A stretch of 64,000 nucleotides of DNA. Source: a virus (Duplodnaviria > Caudoviricetes). A program made the translations under genes and the position numbers. Each line of letters begins with the position of its first letter. Position 1 is the first letter of the stretch. Positions 1 to 10,594 of the stretch are shown here, piece by piece. The notes below the pieces were generated by a model. It had not been told where the DNA came from. It worked only from the letters and a program-made list of their open reading frames with translations, and made no database searches. The stretch lies in IMG/VR virus record IMGVR_UViG_3300035505_000178; one strand, 5' to 3'.

Positions 1-274
1 TAAATGCTTTTTTAAATTTATCTCCTTCTGTTCTTTTCATGTACATATAAGCTGTTTTAGTGCTTACTCCTGGAAATTTAAAATGTACATTATTATCTAT
101 AATATCATCTGTAACTTTCTAAAGTGCTTTAATAAAGATAGACTTAGCAAAATCTCTTTTGCTTCCGTCAGAAAAATATTTTTTACATTGTTGAGGAGTC
201 ATTTTCAATTTTTCAACTGGAAAATTATCAAATAAATCCTCTCCATTAAACGCGTGACTTACTGTATAGTTCAT
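1..274 (-). CDS. crAss-like conserved protein (possibly IHF/HU-like), runs off the window; TAG=Gln
   Basis: ATG at 274, MNYTVSHAFNGEDLFDNFP..., one in-frame TAG; lies after the ring-protein-like genes. Confidence 0.55.
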
Positions 275-277
275 ATT

Positions 278-306
278 AAAAAAGGGGACTATAATTAGCC
301 CCCTTA
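278..306 (-). terminator. intrinsic terminator
   Basis: minus strand AGGGGGCTA-ATTA-TAGTCCCCT followed by a T run. Confidence 0.7.
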
Positions 307-996
307 ATACATTGGTTTATAACTTCTACCAAATGACTTTTTGCCCATAGAGGACTAAGCATTAAGTATTCTGTCCATATCATTTTGTGATATTTCAGAA
401 GGAACTCTAGCCGCATCACAATGGAATAACCATTGTTGTTTGAGGTCAGTTGCCATCTTTAACACCATTTGATTATTAGTTTTGATTGCCTCTTTGTATT
501 TCTACGTATAGGCTATATATTCAGCTATTGCTATTGCTTCTTTGTCTGTTATGTAAGGTAAATTATTTTCATCTAGCTATTTAGAGTGATATAATATATT
601 TACATGATGAAGTCCTTTGTCTACATGAAGTAGATTACCAATTATAGTGTAGCGTTTTACAAATCCACCACTTAAATAATAAGGGTCTTCAAGAATTTTT
701 CGTCCTTCTATATAATTCTCAACATCACGAAGATATTGATCTCCATTTACATGTGTAGCACTAGACAGATTCCCATCCTCGCCGCAGTAAGTTACTGCTT
801 CAATTATATCAACATCACATGGAAGTTTAGCTATACCAGTTTTACAATCTACATCAAGTCTAGCCCTTTTTAAGATTGTATTGTGGTTACCTATAAAGTT
901 ATAAGCTATTAAGCCAATTTCTTCCAAATCTTCTGTATCTCCAGTTACATCATATAACTATTCAGCTAATGATAAGGCATAGTGAAAATCATTCAT
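304..996 (-). CDS. tail ring / tubular-like protein, 230 aa (TAG=Gln)
   Basis: ATG 996 to TAA 304, in frame with track ORF 577-927; size and position fit crAss-like ring proteins. Confidence 0.6.
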
Positions 997-997
997 A

Positions 998-1696
998 TCA
1001 ATCTCCTGTTAAATATTGTTGGTTATTTGGAAGTGCCTGAGGTTTAAGCTATCTATAATAATAGAGTTTCTCTTTGGTCAGTTTATCCTTTATCAACTAA
1101 TCAATAAAGCTCATATTAACATCTGGACCATTCAATTCGTCAATATTACAGCAACTATATTTATTTAATTGTCTTGGATCTTTAAATACAGCTACAATAG
1201 AAACTTGTTCAACGAATGGAGCATTAAAAAGATAACAATCCAACATACCATTTGAATTTGGAGCATAATCTATCCAAACATATGGTTTTGTCTAACCTCT
1301 TTTTCTATATTTTCTATTATTTAACTCAGACAGAGATGTTATAACAGTAAACTTATTTTGTCTATCAGTAGAACCTATATATTCGATTGCCTATTTCCCA
1401 TAATCGGAAATAATTTGTGGAATTTCAAAGTGAGCAACTAAAGTGTCATCTTCATTAATTTTACCACAAGAACATCTCTCTAAAGATTTACAATCAACAT
1501 CAACACAGTTAATTGCCATTAATAAATCTCTAAGTGGGAATATTCCCTTTAAAAAGTATTCTTTTAAAATAGAAAGACGACAAGCAACAATCTCATCTTC
1601 TAACTATTGCATATTCATAGATAAATTCTAATGATAGCCTCTTAATCCACTTACGACATCATTTCTGATCTGAGAAGCAAGTTTTTCAATATACAT
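998..1696 (-). CDS. tail ring-like structural protein, 232 aa (TAG=Gln)
   Basis: MYIEKLASQIRNDVVSGLRGYH(Q)NLSMNMQ(Q)LEDE...; open only if TAG is read; ends TGA next to the following ATG. Confidence 0.6.
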
Positions 1697-2121
1697 TATT
1701 CCTAAGTTTTTTCGGGGTGATGCTTAATTCGATTCTAGCATACAAAATTATAACATTTTATTCCATTAAGATACTCAACTTTAGATTTCAACGAAGCGAT
1801 TTCACTACACTTTGCCTGTATAGCCTAGGATTTTTCTAAAAGAATATTATCCATCTATTCTCTTAAATTATATACCTATTTTCTAAAATCTCCCTCAAGC
1901 TCGTGATAATCTTTTATATATTTATCGCAAGTTTTCTATAGATAGTCTAGCTAATCCTGTCTAAGATCAACACGTTTCTATTCTACTTCAACTTCGGCAG
2001 TTTCAGCTTCAGCTTCTGATTTCTTTTGTTTACTTTTAAAAGTGCAAATATAAGTTATAGCGGCTCCCAAACCACCGCTACCAAACACTGCTAAAAGCCA
2101 TTCTAAAATTGACTGTTCCAT
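1696..2121 (-). CDS. putative holin-like protein (N-terminal TM helix plus coiled coil), 141 aa, 8 in-frame TAG
   Basis: MEQSILEWLLAVFGSGGLGAAITYICTFKSK... then heptad-like region; TAATG overlap with next gene. Confidence 0.55.
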
Positions 2122-2125
2122 ATAT

Positions 2126-2150
2126 TAAAGGGAGGATTTCTCCTCCCTTA
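2126..2150 (-). terminator. hairpin / probable terminator
   Basis: AAGGGAGGA-GAAA-TCCTCCCTTT. Confidence 0.55.
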
Positions 2151-2161
2151 TATTAGTTTGA

Positions 2162-3133
2162 TTAGCCTAACATATCTTCTTCTGTATCTTCACTAGCATT
2201 GCTAGCAGTATCTTCTGCAACAGTTTTCTTGTCAGAATAATCAGTTATTTCTCCAATAGCACCGAGAGCTTCCTCCCACTCACTAATAAGAGAACCGTCA
2301 TGACGAACCCAGAATACATGCTGAGTGTGTGATTCCATACGCTGACCTACTGCGTGGAATCCTTCATTTACAGAAGGTGCGCAATAATCAATAATGTATT
2401 GGTCATAAATTGCATCAATAATAGGAGTCTCACTCTTACGCAAATGCAACCATTGAGTATTCATTGCAGTCGGCAAACGCAAATCCTTTACAATTTGAGT
2501 ATAAGTACCAAAACCATTCTTGCCACGCTCGTCAAGAGTAATACCCTCATCACCAATTTCTGCTACCTTCTCAGCATACTCGTCTACTGGACCATATACG
2601 CTAAGGTCAATAGTCTTAATACGTTGATACTCGCCAGCACCCTCAAGTATTAACTTAGCACCTTCAACAGTAAGAGTGATAAGCTCTTTATCAATTAAGA
2701 ATAAGTGATCCTTCTTAATTACCTTTGCTACTTTCTCTGCAATTGTAGTACCAGTATCAGTAGTAGTTACTGTAAACTGAACCCAGAAAGGAATACCCTT
2801 ATCCTTCCAAGGACGTGCATAAATGTAAGGATCTGCACCCTGAACACCCAAGAAAATGTCAAGAGTTGCATAATTCTTCTTGTGATCACCTGTTGGCTTG
2901 AGTAAGTCAAGCAAAGTGTCAAAGTCAATAGTAGCCTTAGTCAAAACAGGCTCATAACCCTCTTTCTTACGAATAGAGATTACTCGTCCTCTTTTCGCAT
3001 CATCTTTATAAAAATGAAAATCTCTCTTTACAAAAAGATGATCATCTGCAGCCTCGAAGAGCTTTACATTCTTACCTGAATCTTTGTCCAAGTTAGAATT
3101 GATAATTGTACAAGTCTAAAAATTAAGTCCCAT
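2162..3133 (-). CDS. conserved crAss-like virion protein (possibly auxiliary capsid protein), 323 aa
   Basis: MGLNF(Q)TCTIINSNLDKDSG...; single TAG at codon 6, rest matches track ORF 2162-3091. Confidence 0.65.
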
Positions 3134-3150
3134 AATTAAAATTTAAATGT

Positions 3151-4290
3151 TTAAGCCTATGCAGCTTGTTGCTATTGCTGAGCTGGTCTTGCAATAGACT
3201 GAGTTATCTGTAAATTATTTGCAAGTCTAGGATCACTTGAATGCTCCATGACTAAGTGTACCAACTCATTTATAATCTCTTGATTAACATAATCTGGGAA
3301 TTCCATTATCTGAGATGTATCCTCAGTAAGGTCAATTTGTTCTTGGGTTAAACGTATGTGTTGAGGACATTTAACATAGTCAATCTGAACTTCTACTAAT
3401 TGGAATAAAGAATCGTCTTTTCCATAGCGGATTTCGCATCTAACGTTGCTAGTATTACCTGCTCTTAATGCAATAGGCTTTTCTACAAGAGAAACTCTAG
3501 TATTTTCACTATCACCTAACTGGAACGTTCTCTAGAAATTAGAGTTTTGATCAGTAGTGTCAGAATCATTAGTATTAATATCCTTAACACCTTCTCCACC
3601 ATCTGCTTTAGTTACTTGATATATACCATTCATATCAGTTCCTATCTCTTCAAGACCTGTACCTGTAGTTACAGAAGTACGAGGATCAGTAGGAACAATC
3701 TATTGCTGATTAAGATTATGGATATAGTAATAAGGCTTAGTAGGAGAAGGACGATTGTAAATGTCTGTTACAATCTAACTCCAAGAATCAGCAGTTAAAC
3801 GAGTTGCAGGAATTTCAATATATGAACCTGCATCCCAACAGTCCTTTGTCTTTGCAACATAATAGATGCAAACACAATTTAACATGTGCAAATAATCAAT
3901 AGGCATAAATACCTCATACGTCGCACCATGTAAGCTCTGAATAGAGCGGTGAGATTTACTAAGATAAGAACTAGCTTGACCAGTGTAACCTCCTGATGGT
4001 TGATCTTGATTACCAGTAGTTATACTAGTATTCTGTGTAGCATTATCTTTCACAGAATTAGATCCTCTACCTGTCAATTCTACCTTATGTGGAGTAAGAT
4101 AGGTAGTTGATTTCAACACACGCAAGTCATCAGTGGTCTGCTAGTTAATATCGTAGTTGTTGTAAACTTTATTGATATATTGATTAATTGCCTTATTAAA
4201 CAAATAGTTAAATTCAAATAACTTTAAAGAAGGAGCTTGTATTTTGCTCAATTCAATTAAAGTTGCTTCGAATATCTAACGTGCTGTCAT
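3151..4290 (-). CDS. conserved crAss-like structural (ring-type) protein, 379 aa (TAG=Gln)
   Basis: MTAR(Q)IFEATLIELSKIQAPSL...; in frame with track ORF 3775-4125; ends TAA 3151. Confidence 0.65.
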
Positions 4291-4301
4291 TTAATGTAAT
4301 A

Positions 4302-5174
4302 TTAAGGTTTTTCTTCAATATCTTCAAACATTTCGGGATAAGTATCCTTACGAATCAAGGCTAAAGTTTTAGAATTTTTAGTTGCTTTCATCCACTCTAT
4401 TGCAGCATCATCAGTTGCTCCAAGAATTACTTTACCATCTTCACCATATAAGAATAAACCATTCTTCTTATAAATTACTCCTCTCTCACGAGCATCAATT
4501 AAGAACATTCTCAATTGCATATCGCCACCAGTATAACAATCTATAATCTTCTCTGGAGTCTTTTCTGCAACAGATAATAAGAAATCTTCAACATCAGCAT
4601 TAGGTTGATTCTTCATATCTCTACCAAGAACCTTAGCTACAAGAAGACGACCATCATATCCACGCTCGTCATTCATAATATAGTTAGAAGCATCAACTAT
4701 AAGTCGACGTTTAGTAACACGTACTTGAGCCTCGTACCCAGGTCGGTCGATATATAATTCTGCTTTACCATATTTAGGCATTCGAGTTTTTGAAGTAGTA
4801 ACACCGTCGATCAGAGAAATACCCCTTTCATCCTTTGCAAATCTATCAGGAGCAATCAAATCACAATTCTTAATAGCTTCCCATTCTGCTGCTTCTTCAA
4901 CTCGATCAAGATTATAAGTTTTTCCATCAGTAATTCTAAATACATAGTTTTCTGGAATGAAAAATGCTTCACCTTTAGATTCTAATTCTAATTCTTCAGG
5001 AGTTAAAATCGGATTACCTTGATCATCCGCACGCTTTACACAAGAAGGATAACGACCATTCTTGTCACGTTGAGGTTGAATAAAATAAGTTTGTCCAACT
5101 TTTCCATAAACACTTCTAAGAGTGATGATATTTGATTTTAAATCACCATTCTAAATATTTTTCTTTTTTGCCAT
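4302..5174 (-). CDS. conserved crAss-like protein downstream of MCP, 290 aa (TAG=Gln)
   Basis: MAKKKNI(Q)NGDLKSNIITLRSVYGKVG...; in frame with track ORF 4302-4859. Confidence 0.7.
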
Positions 5175-5198
5175 AATTCATTAACGTAATATTTGTTA

Positions 5199-5228
5199 TA
5201 GGGAGAGAAGCACCTCGTTCTCTCCCTC
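5199..5228 (-). terminator. hairpin after major capsid gene
   Basis: inverted repeat AGGGAGAGAA...TTCTCTCCCT. Confidence 0.5.
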
Positions 5229-5255
5229 ATCTTACCCCTATTTAATTATCTTTTA

Positions 5256-8200
5256 TTACTCTTTAGCGCGAAGAATAAATGAACGATATGGATTGAATAC
5301 TGCGATACCGCAAGTACCCCATATAGTCATCATACTTCCTGCAACTGGAGATGAAACAACTCCAGAAGACTTACCGTCACGACCACCTACACCAAGAACT
5401 TCATTGAATACATAGTCGCAACCCTTCAAACTAAACATCTGAATAGGTGGCTGTGCAGAAGTCTTACCAGTAGTTAAGTCAAGACAGAGAGCGAAAGGCT
5501 CTGGATATTCACGTGACAATGTTCTGTCAACCTTGAATACAATTGTATTAGAACCCCATGTATAAGCATCAAATGTAGCACCTACATTAATATACTTACC
5601 TTTACCACCCTTAGACCAGATGTAAGCCTCATCAGTCTTGCGATTAGACAAGTAATTACCAAGTACATTCTGTACAATACCCCACATTCTTTCATTTACC
5701 ATGAATGTGAATACGTTACCCTCAGGATTCTCAGCCTTCTCAACCATAGTACTGATGATTTGCTGGAATGTCTGAATAGTAATCTTATTTGCAGAATATT
5801 TAGATGCGAATCTCTCAACCTGAGGAATAACACCGTCACCAATCTCAATTGGACGACCTGTAGCACGATCAGCAAGTGTAGACTTACCATCAACACCCAT
5901 AGTACCACGTGCCATAAGCATCATATTCTCACGTTGATATAAGAAGTTCTCGATGAGGTTCTTCTTCATAGGCTCAAGACGATAAATAGTCTCAGTCAAG
6001 CAACCCTGATCCTTACCCTCACCAATTTTGATAAATGAATCTTCCATCAAAGCGTATTTTGCAGAGTATGAATCTTCAACACGAATAGTACTCATGTAGT
6101 TTCTCATACGCTCAATGTTAGATTGATATTTTACATAACCAGTCTCATGTAATTCTGGCTTAGCATTCATTTATGTTAGCTATATATTTCTATATAGATC
6201 AGACTATATCTTTTACGCATATTATTGCGAAAATAAACATTTCACTCAATGTATTTATAAACAAATCCTTTATAAGATTTACGAATATTTACCAAATTTT
6301 TATAAACGCCTTTTCCATTTTCTTTATAACATTCTGATGAATTTTTATAAACTTTAATTAAATTTCCATTTATATCGTATTTACCAATAGGTTGTTGAGA
6401 TACTTTTAAAGGTTTATTATAAACTTCATATTTTTGTAATCCCCAGAAATATCCAGATTTAGTAAGAGTTTTATGACGAATTGCTTGATTGATTCCATCA
6501 TTTTTAAACTCTTTTAATGCTTCTAGATAATTCCATTCTTTTAAAAAATTACCATTTGAATCGTATTGATAAATATTTCTATTTTTAACATATTCATCTC
6601 TTGCTTTAGAATATGAATCAGCTTTTACATAACAGAAATAATATTTTCCATCAACTAAATTTCCAAGTATTGCAGATTGAGATGCTTGTGAATATCCTGT
6701 TGCTCTATTCGAAGAAAATTCATTTAAATATTTTCCATCAACAGAGTATTGATAAATAACATTTTTAATTTGTTTTTTACTATATTCACTAAGATTAAGT
6801 TTTTTAACTTTGTCTTTACTCCAATAAAAATTAGCACAAGTCATATTAGACGAACAAGCGTCTGAAATACTTGATTGTTTTCTATCAACTGATAGAGCAG
6901 CTTCTTTAAAAGATTCGAAAGTTTTAATATAATTTCCTTCTAAATCATATTGATGTACTTCTTTAATTGGACAAGAACCTGGGGGAATTTGTCCTCCTAA
7001 AATCATATTATATACATCAGGACGTTTTAAAAAATCCTCATCTACTAATCTTTTTTCTTCTAAATAAGCTTCTTCTTCATTTTTATAAATTTGCAATACA
7101 CATCTATTAAAATTAGATGGACCATATTTTTTAACTGCACATTCAAATGCTGTTTTCCCGTACATATAAGTACTAGGACAATTATACATAATTCCACATC
7201 CTAAATAACCATCAAATTTAAAAGGGTCTTTTGTTTTGTGTACACCTATGTATATTTTGTTATTTATTAAATTTGTAGTTTGGTAAACTATCCAATACAT
7301 TTCGTTACGGCTTGCGCCTAGTCGTTGAACGTTATTATATTCTTCCATATAATCACTTAAATTATTTTAATGAATTTAAATATAATCTTCGCTGCTGATT
7401 AGCATGTCTTTCGATTTAGCTTTCCAGCAATTAATTTATTTTTACATCAGCAATACTATAATTATTTTACCGATGAAGTGGGTTAAAGCACCTTCATAGC
7501 AAGCATCCTTGTCAAGTACAGAAGAATAATCGTCATCAATCAAACGAACCATTACTGACCACATGTTATCAGCCAATCTAACAGGTCTAGATGTTACAAA
7601 ACATTGCTGACCTGACTCTTCAATCTTGAAGATCTCATGTTGCTGATACCAATTCTCTGTAAAGATCATTTCAATCTCTGAACCATTAGCTCCATCACCT
7701 TCTGGAACTGCTGCGAACGGAATACGTTTAATTTGGTTGGTTTCCAAAATTTAGACTATATCATTTATTTCTATGATATTTAAATATGTACTCACCAAAG
7801 TACCTATCTCCCATCTCTATATTTTTAATTTTAGCAGATGGAACATTATATTTCTATCTTACTTCTTTTACAGAATTTAATGTTTCTATAAAATTACCAT
7901 ACTTATCATATATATCAACCTTTATTCCAAAAGTTCTTTCTGGAACTTTATCAATTTCTTCAAATGACATATAAAAGTCTTTATACCATCCTTGTTTATA
8001 TCTAAAAGCATCTCTAATTATTTCCCAAGAATGTTCAGATATGATGGACATTATTTCTTTACCTATCCCTTTTCCAATTAAATTGGAATCCTTATCATAA
8101 ACATAAATAAGAGTCTTAGCATATTGTTTTCGTGCTTTAGGAATATATTCATCTACCATTGAATCAGACACATAGTAGCTATTTAAAACTAAACTATTTT

Positions 8201-9623
8201 GTTTAACTGCTTTTGCTACTACTTCTTCTTTAGTTCCTATATATTCAGCACATTTTTTTCTAGATATAAACTCACCTAACCATTTACCATCTTTATTATA
8301 AAGATGTGTAACTTTAGGTTCTCCCCAAGGTTTTGAACTACATTCTGATATATTTATAGTTTCAGTTGAAGCCCATAAAGAATCTAATAATGGATGTTTA
8401 TCATGAATTGCATATTCAAATTTCTCCATAGGTAAATTATAAAAGTCATAAGCCTCTTTAGAAAATTCCCATTTCTTTTTTAAATTTCCTTTTAAATCAA
8501 ACTGATATAGAGGTTTATACATATTATAACATTTTCCACCTAAACATGCATTATATACATGACTTAATTTTATAAAATTTATATCCACGATTTCTTTTTC
8601 TTTTAAATAAGCTTCATTTTCATTATCATAAATATATAAAATACTTCGTTCAAAAGAATTAGTTCCATACTTTTTTACAGCATACTAAAATGGGGTTTTA
8701 GGATACATATAAGTACTAGGTTGTTGAATATACACTCCACATCCAATATATCCATCAAATATTTCTGGATTTTTTGTTTTATGTACTCCAACATAAATTT
8801 TATTAATTCCGTTAATTTTAGATTTTAAATTTTTTGTAAGATAGACAATATATTTCATGAAATAATTCAATTTTTTAATTATATAAAATAATTTACGGGT
8901 CTCCCCTAGTCGTTGAACACTGCTGTCATCACAGCCATGCTGCTGATAATCATATAGACTTCCCAGCAATTTAAAGAATTTATATGGAGGTCAAAACCAA
9001 CAGAAATATCTAACCTCCCACTCGAAGTAGTTAGAGTCAATAGGCTGGTATGTATTAGCCTTCTTTGTCTCACCGTAATAAACGTTTCGAAGTGCTTCTG
9101 TAAAATATGTCAATGTTAATTGTGGGTACAAACGTGAAATTACACCAAGACGGTGAGGCTTGCTACCCATGAATTTATTAAAATCTTCGTAAGTACGAGT
9201 ATCCATTTGTTATCCGTAAGGCTCTTTATCCTTACGTTCTATTAATTTCTTAATAGTTCGGACTATATCATCATCATTTAAGATGTTGGGCGCTCGTGTC
9301 AGTATTATATTCTATAAGGAGGTTGTGGACCTCTTAAATCAAAATCCCAAATCATTGCAGCTATTGTCCAACCAGGGATGGGAATCATCATCAATAACCA
9401 AAATATAGGAATTTGAATTAAATACCATAAATATTTAAAATAGTATGTCATAGTTTCAACTGTTAGTCTCTGAGCCTTCACACTTTGTTAAAGGTGTGCT
9501 TGGCTGCTGATTACCATTTCAAGCTTCCAGCAATTCACCCAATTTGCATTTAATTATCACTAATTAAAGGGGCAATACTTTACCCATCGTACTTCTGTTA
9601 GTTACGAAATTTGCTACAAGCAT
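5256..9623 (-). CDS. major capsid protein, 473 aa, spliced: join(9623-9582, 9203-9012, 7744-7469, 6167-5256)
   Basis: exons give MLVANFVTNRSTMG|DTRTYEDF...FEWEV|ETNQIKRIPF...THFIG|NAKPELHETG...; every junction is in frame, follows an exon U and ends at an intron G; crAss-like MCP sequence and size. Confidence 0.9.
6168..7468 (-). mobile_element. group I intron 3 of MCP (1301 nt) with homing endonuclease
   Basis: P1 CATCGGT/GCTGATG with U-G at 5' splice site; TGCTGGAAA, AATCAGCAG, CAACGACTA and AAGATATAGTC core elements; P9 CTATATA-GAAA-TATATAG; terminal G at 6168. Confidence 0.9.
6242..7300 (-). CDS. GIY-YIG homing endonuclease with NUMOD1-like repeats, 352 aa
   Basis: MYWIVYQTTNLINNKIYIGVHKT...YLGCG...YNMILGG; repeated [VI]xQYDxxGN[FY][IL]K units. 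Confidence 0.85.
   Translation of the reverse strand: MYWIVYQTTNLINNKIYIGVHKTKDPFKFDGYLGCGIMYNCPSTYMYGKTAFECAVKKYGPSNFNRCVLQIYKNEEEAYLEEKRLVDEDFLKRPDVYNMILGGQIPPGSCPIKEVHQYDLEGNYIKTFESFKEAALSVDRKQSSISDACSSNMTCANFYWSKDKVKKLNLSEYSKKQIKNVIYQYSVDGKYLNEFSSNRATGYSQASQSAILGNLVDGKYYFCYVKADSYSKARDEYVKNRNIYQYDSNGNFLKEWNYLEALKEFKNDGINQAIRHKTLTKSGYFWGLQKYEVYNKPLKVSQQPIGKYDINGNLIKVYKNSSECYKENGKGVYKNLVNIRKSYKGFVYKYIE
7745..9011 (-). mobile_element. group I intron 2 of MCP (1267 nt) with homing endonuclease
   Basis: P1 GGAGGTT/GACCTCC; TGCTGGGAA, TATCAGCAG, CAACGACTA and TGATATAGTC core elements; terminal G at 7745. Confidence 0.85.
7761..8858 (-). CDS. GIY-YIG homing endonuclease, 365 aa, two in-frame TAG
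   Basis: MKYIVYLTKNLKSKINGINKIYVGVHKT...PKTPF(Q)YAVKKYG...; joins track ORFs 8685-8969 and 7854-8588; similar to intron 3 HEG. Confidence 0.85.
9204..9581 (-). mobile_element. group I intron 1 of MCP (378 nt)
   Basis: P1 GGGT/GCCC; TGCTGGAA, AATCAGCAG, CAGAGACTA and GATATAGTCC core elements; P9 hairpins; terminal G at 9204. Confidence 0.9.
9305..9451 (-). CDS. intron-encoded small hydrophobic protein, 48 aa
   Basis: MTYYFKYLWYLIQIPIFWLLMMIPIPGWTIAAMIWDFDLRGPQPPYRI; fills the peripheral insertion after P7. Confidence 0.55.
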   Translation of the reverse strand: MTYYFKYLWYLIQIPIFWLLMMIPIPGWTIAAMIWDFDLRGPQPPYRI

Positions 9624-9658
9624 ATTATAAAAATTTAATCTAAAAAGTTACATCTCAA

Positions 9659-10594
9659 TTACCAATCTTCATCATCTACAAAATCTTGGTTAGGTGTCGT
9701 AAGAACAGGTTTATTTCCCTTAGTTATAAGTGTAGAGGTTGGTTTCGCCTAAGGTTTCCCGATCATTCTGGAAAGCTCCTCCACAATCTTGTCTCCATTC
9801 AACAACCAAAAGGCTGCTTTAGTATATAAGACAGGATTAGACATTGCTTTACCAAAATTACTCTAACCATTCTAGTCAAGATCTAAAATAAAGTGTGCCA
9901 ACTCATCTTTATCATCGTTGGTCATCTCTATTTCCTAATCTCCAACAGTATTAAAATCTCTGATAACGCTTATAATATCATTAGAGAATCTATTATAGCT
10001 TTCTTGTTGGGCTTGTTGTTGCTAAATAGCCAAGTCTTGTTGTTCTTGTTCTTGCAGCTATTTGTAATGATCTCTAACACTCTTGACAGTTGCATCAAAT
10101 AAAGCAGGATTTTGTTTTGCACTTTCTAATGCTGCGTCAAGATCTTCATCAGAAACATCATCTCCCAATTTGTTAAGGACATCTAAGATATATATCTCGT
10201 CGTCAGAGAGATTATCTATTTCAGTAGGTTGAGGCTGGATGATTTCAGTAGACTGTGTAATAGCGTTCATAAAATCATTAACTGACATCTGAGATTGTCT
10301 GATTTGATTAATCAAACCAATTTCTTGCTCATCAAGTTCAGTTCCCTCTTCTGTTTGGTCAGTCAAGATATTAACTTGCTCTTCGGTAGTTAAATCGTTC
10401 CAATCACGAGTAATAAGTTGACCATTTTCATCTTCAAAATTAATTTTACTAGGATCTGAAATACCAAGTCTTTGTAAGACCTGTGTAGTTAGATCAGGTT
10501 CATCATTTTGTTGTTGTTGCTGTTGCTATTGTCCATTATCGACAATATCATCGTCTTCGTCGTCAAAATCGACGTCTAATACATCATCATTCAT
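9659..10594 (-). CDS. acidic scaffolding-like protein upstream of MCP, 311 aa (TAG=Gln)
   Basis: MNDDVLDVDFDDEDDD...; D/E/Q-rich; TAGs sit inside poly-Gln runs; in frame with track ORF 10058-10366. Confidence 0.7.

Noticed and set aside
6168-9206. Track starts at 6170, 7747 and 9206 as separate capsid genes
   Set aside because: Their start codons end in the intron terminal G; they are exons of one MCP.
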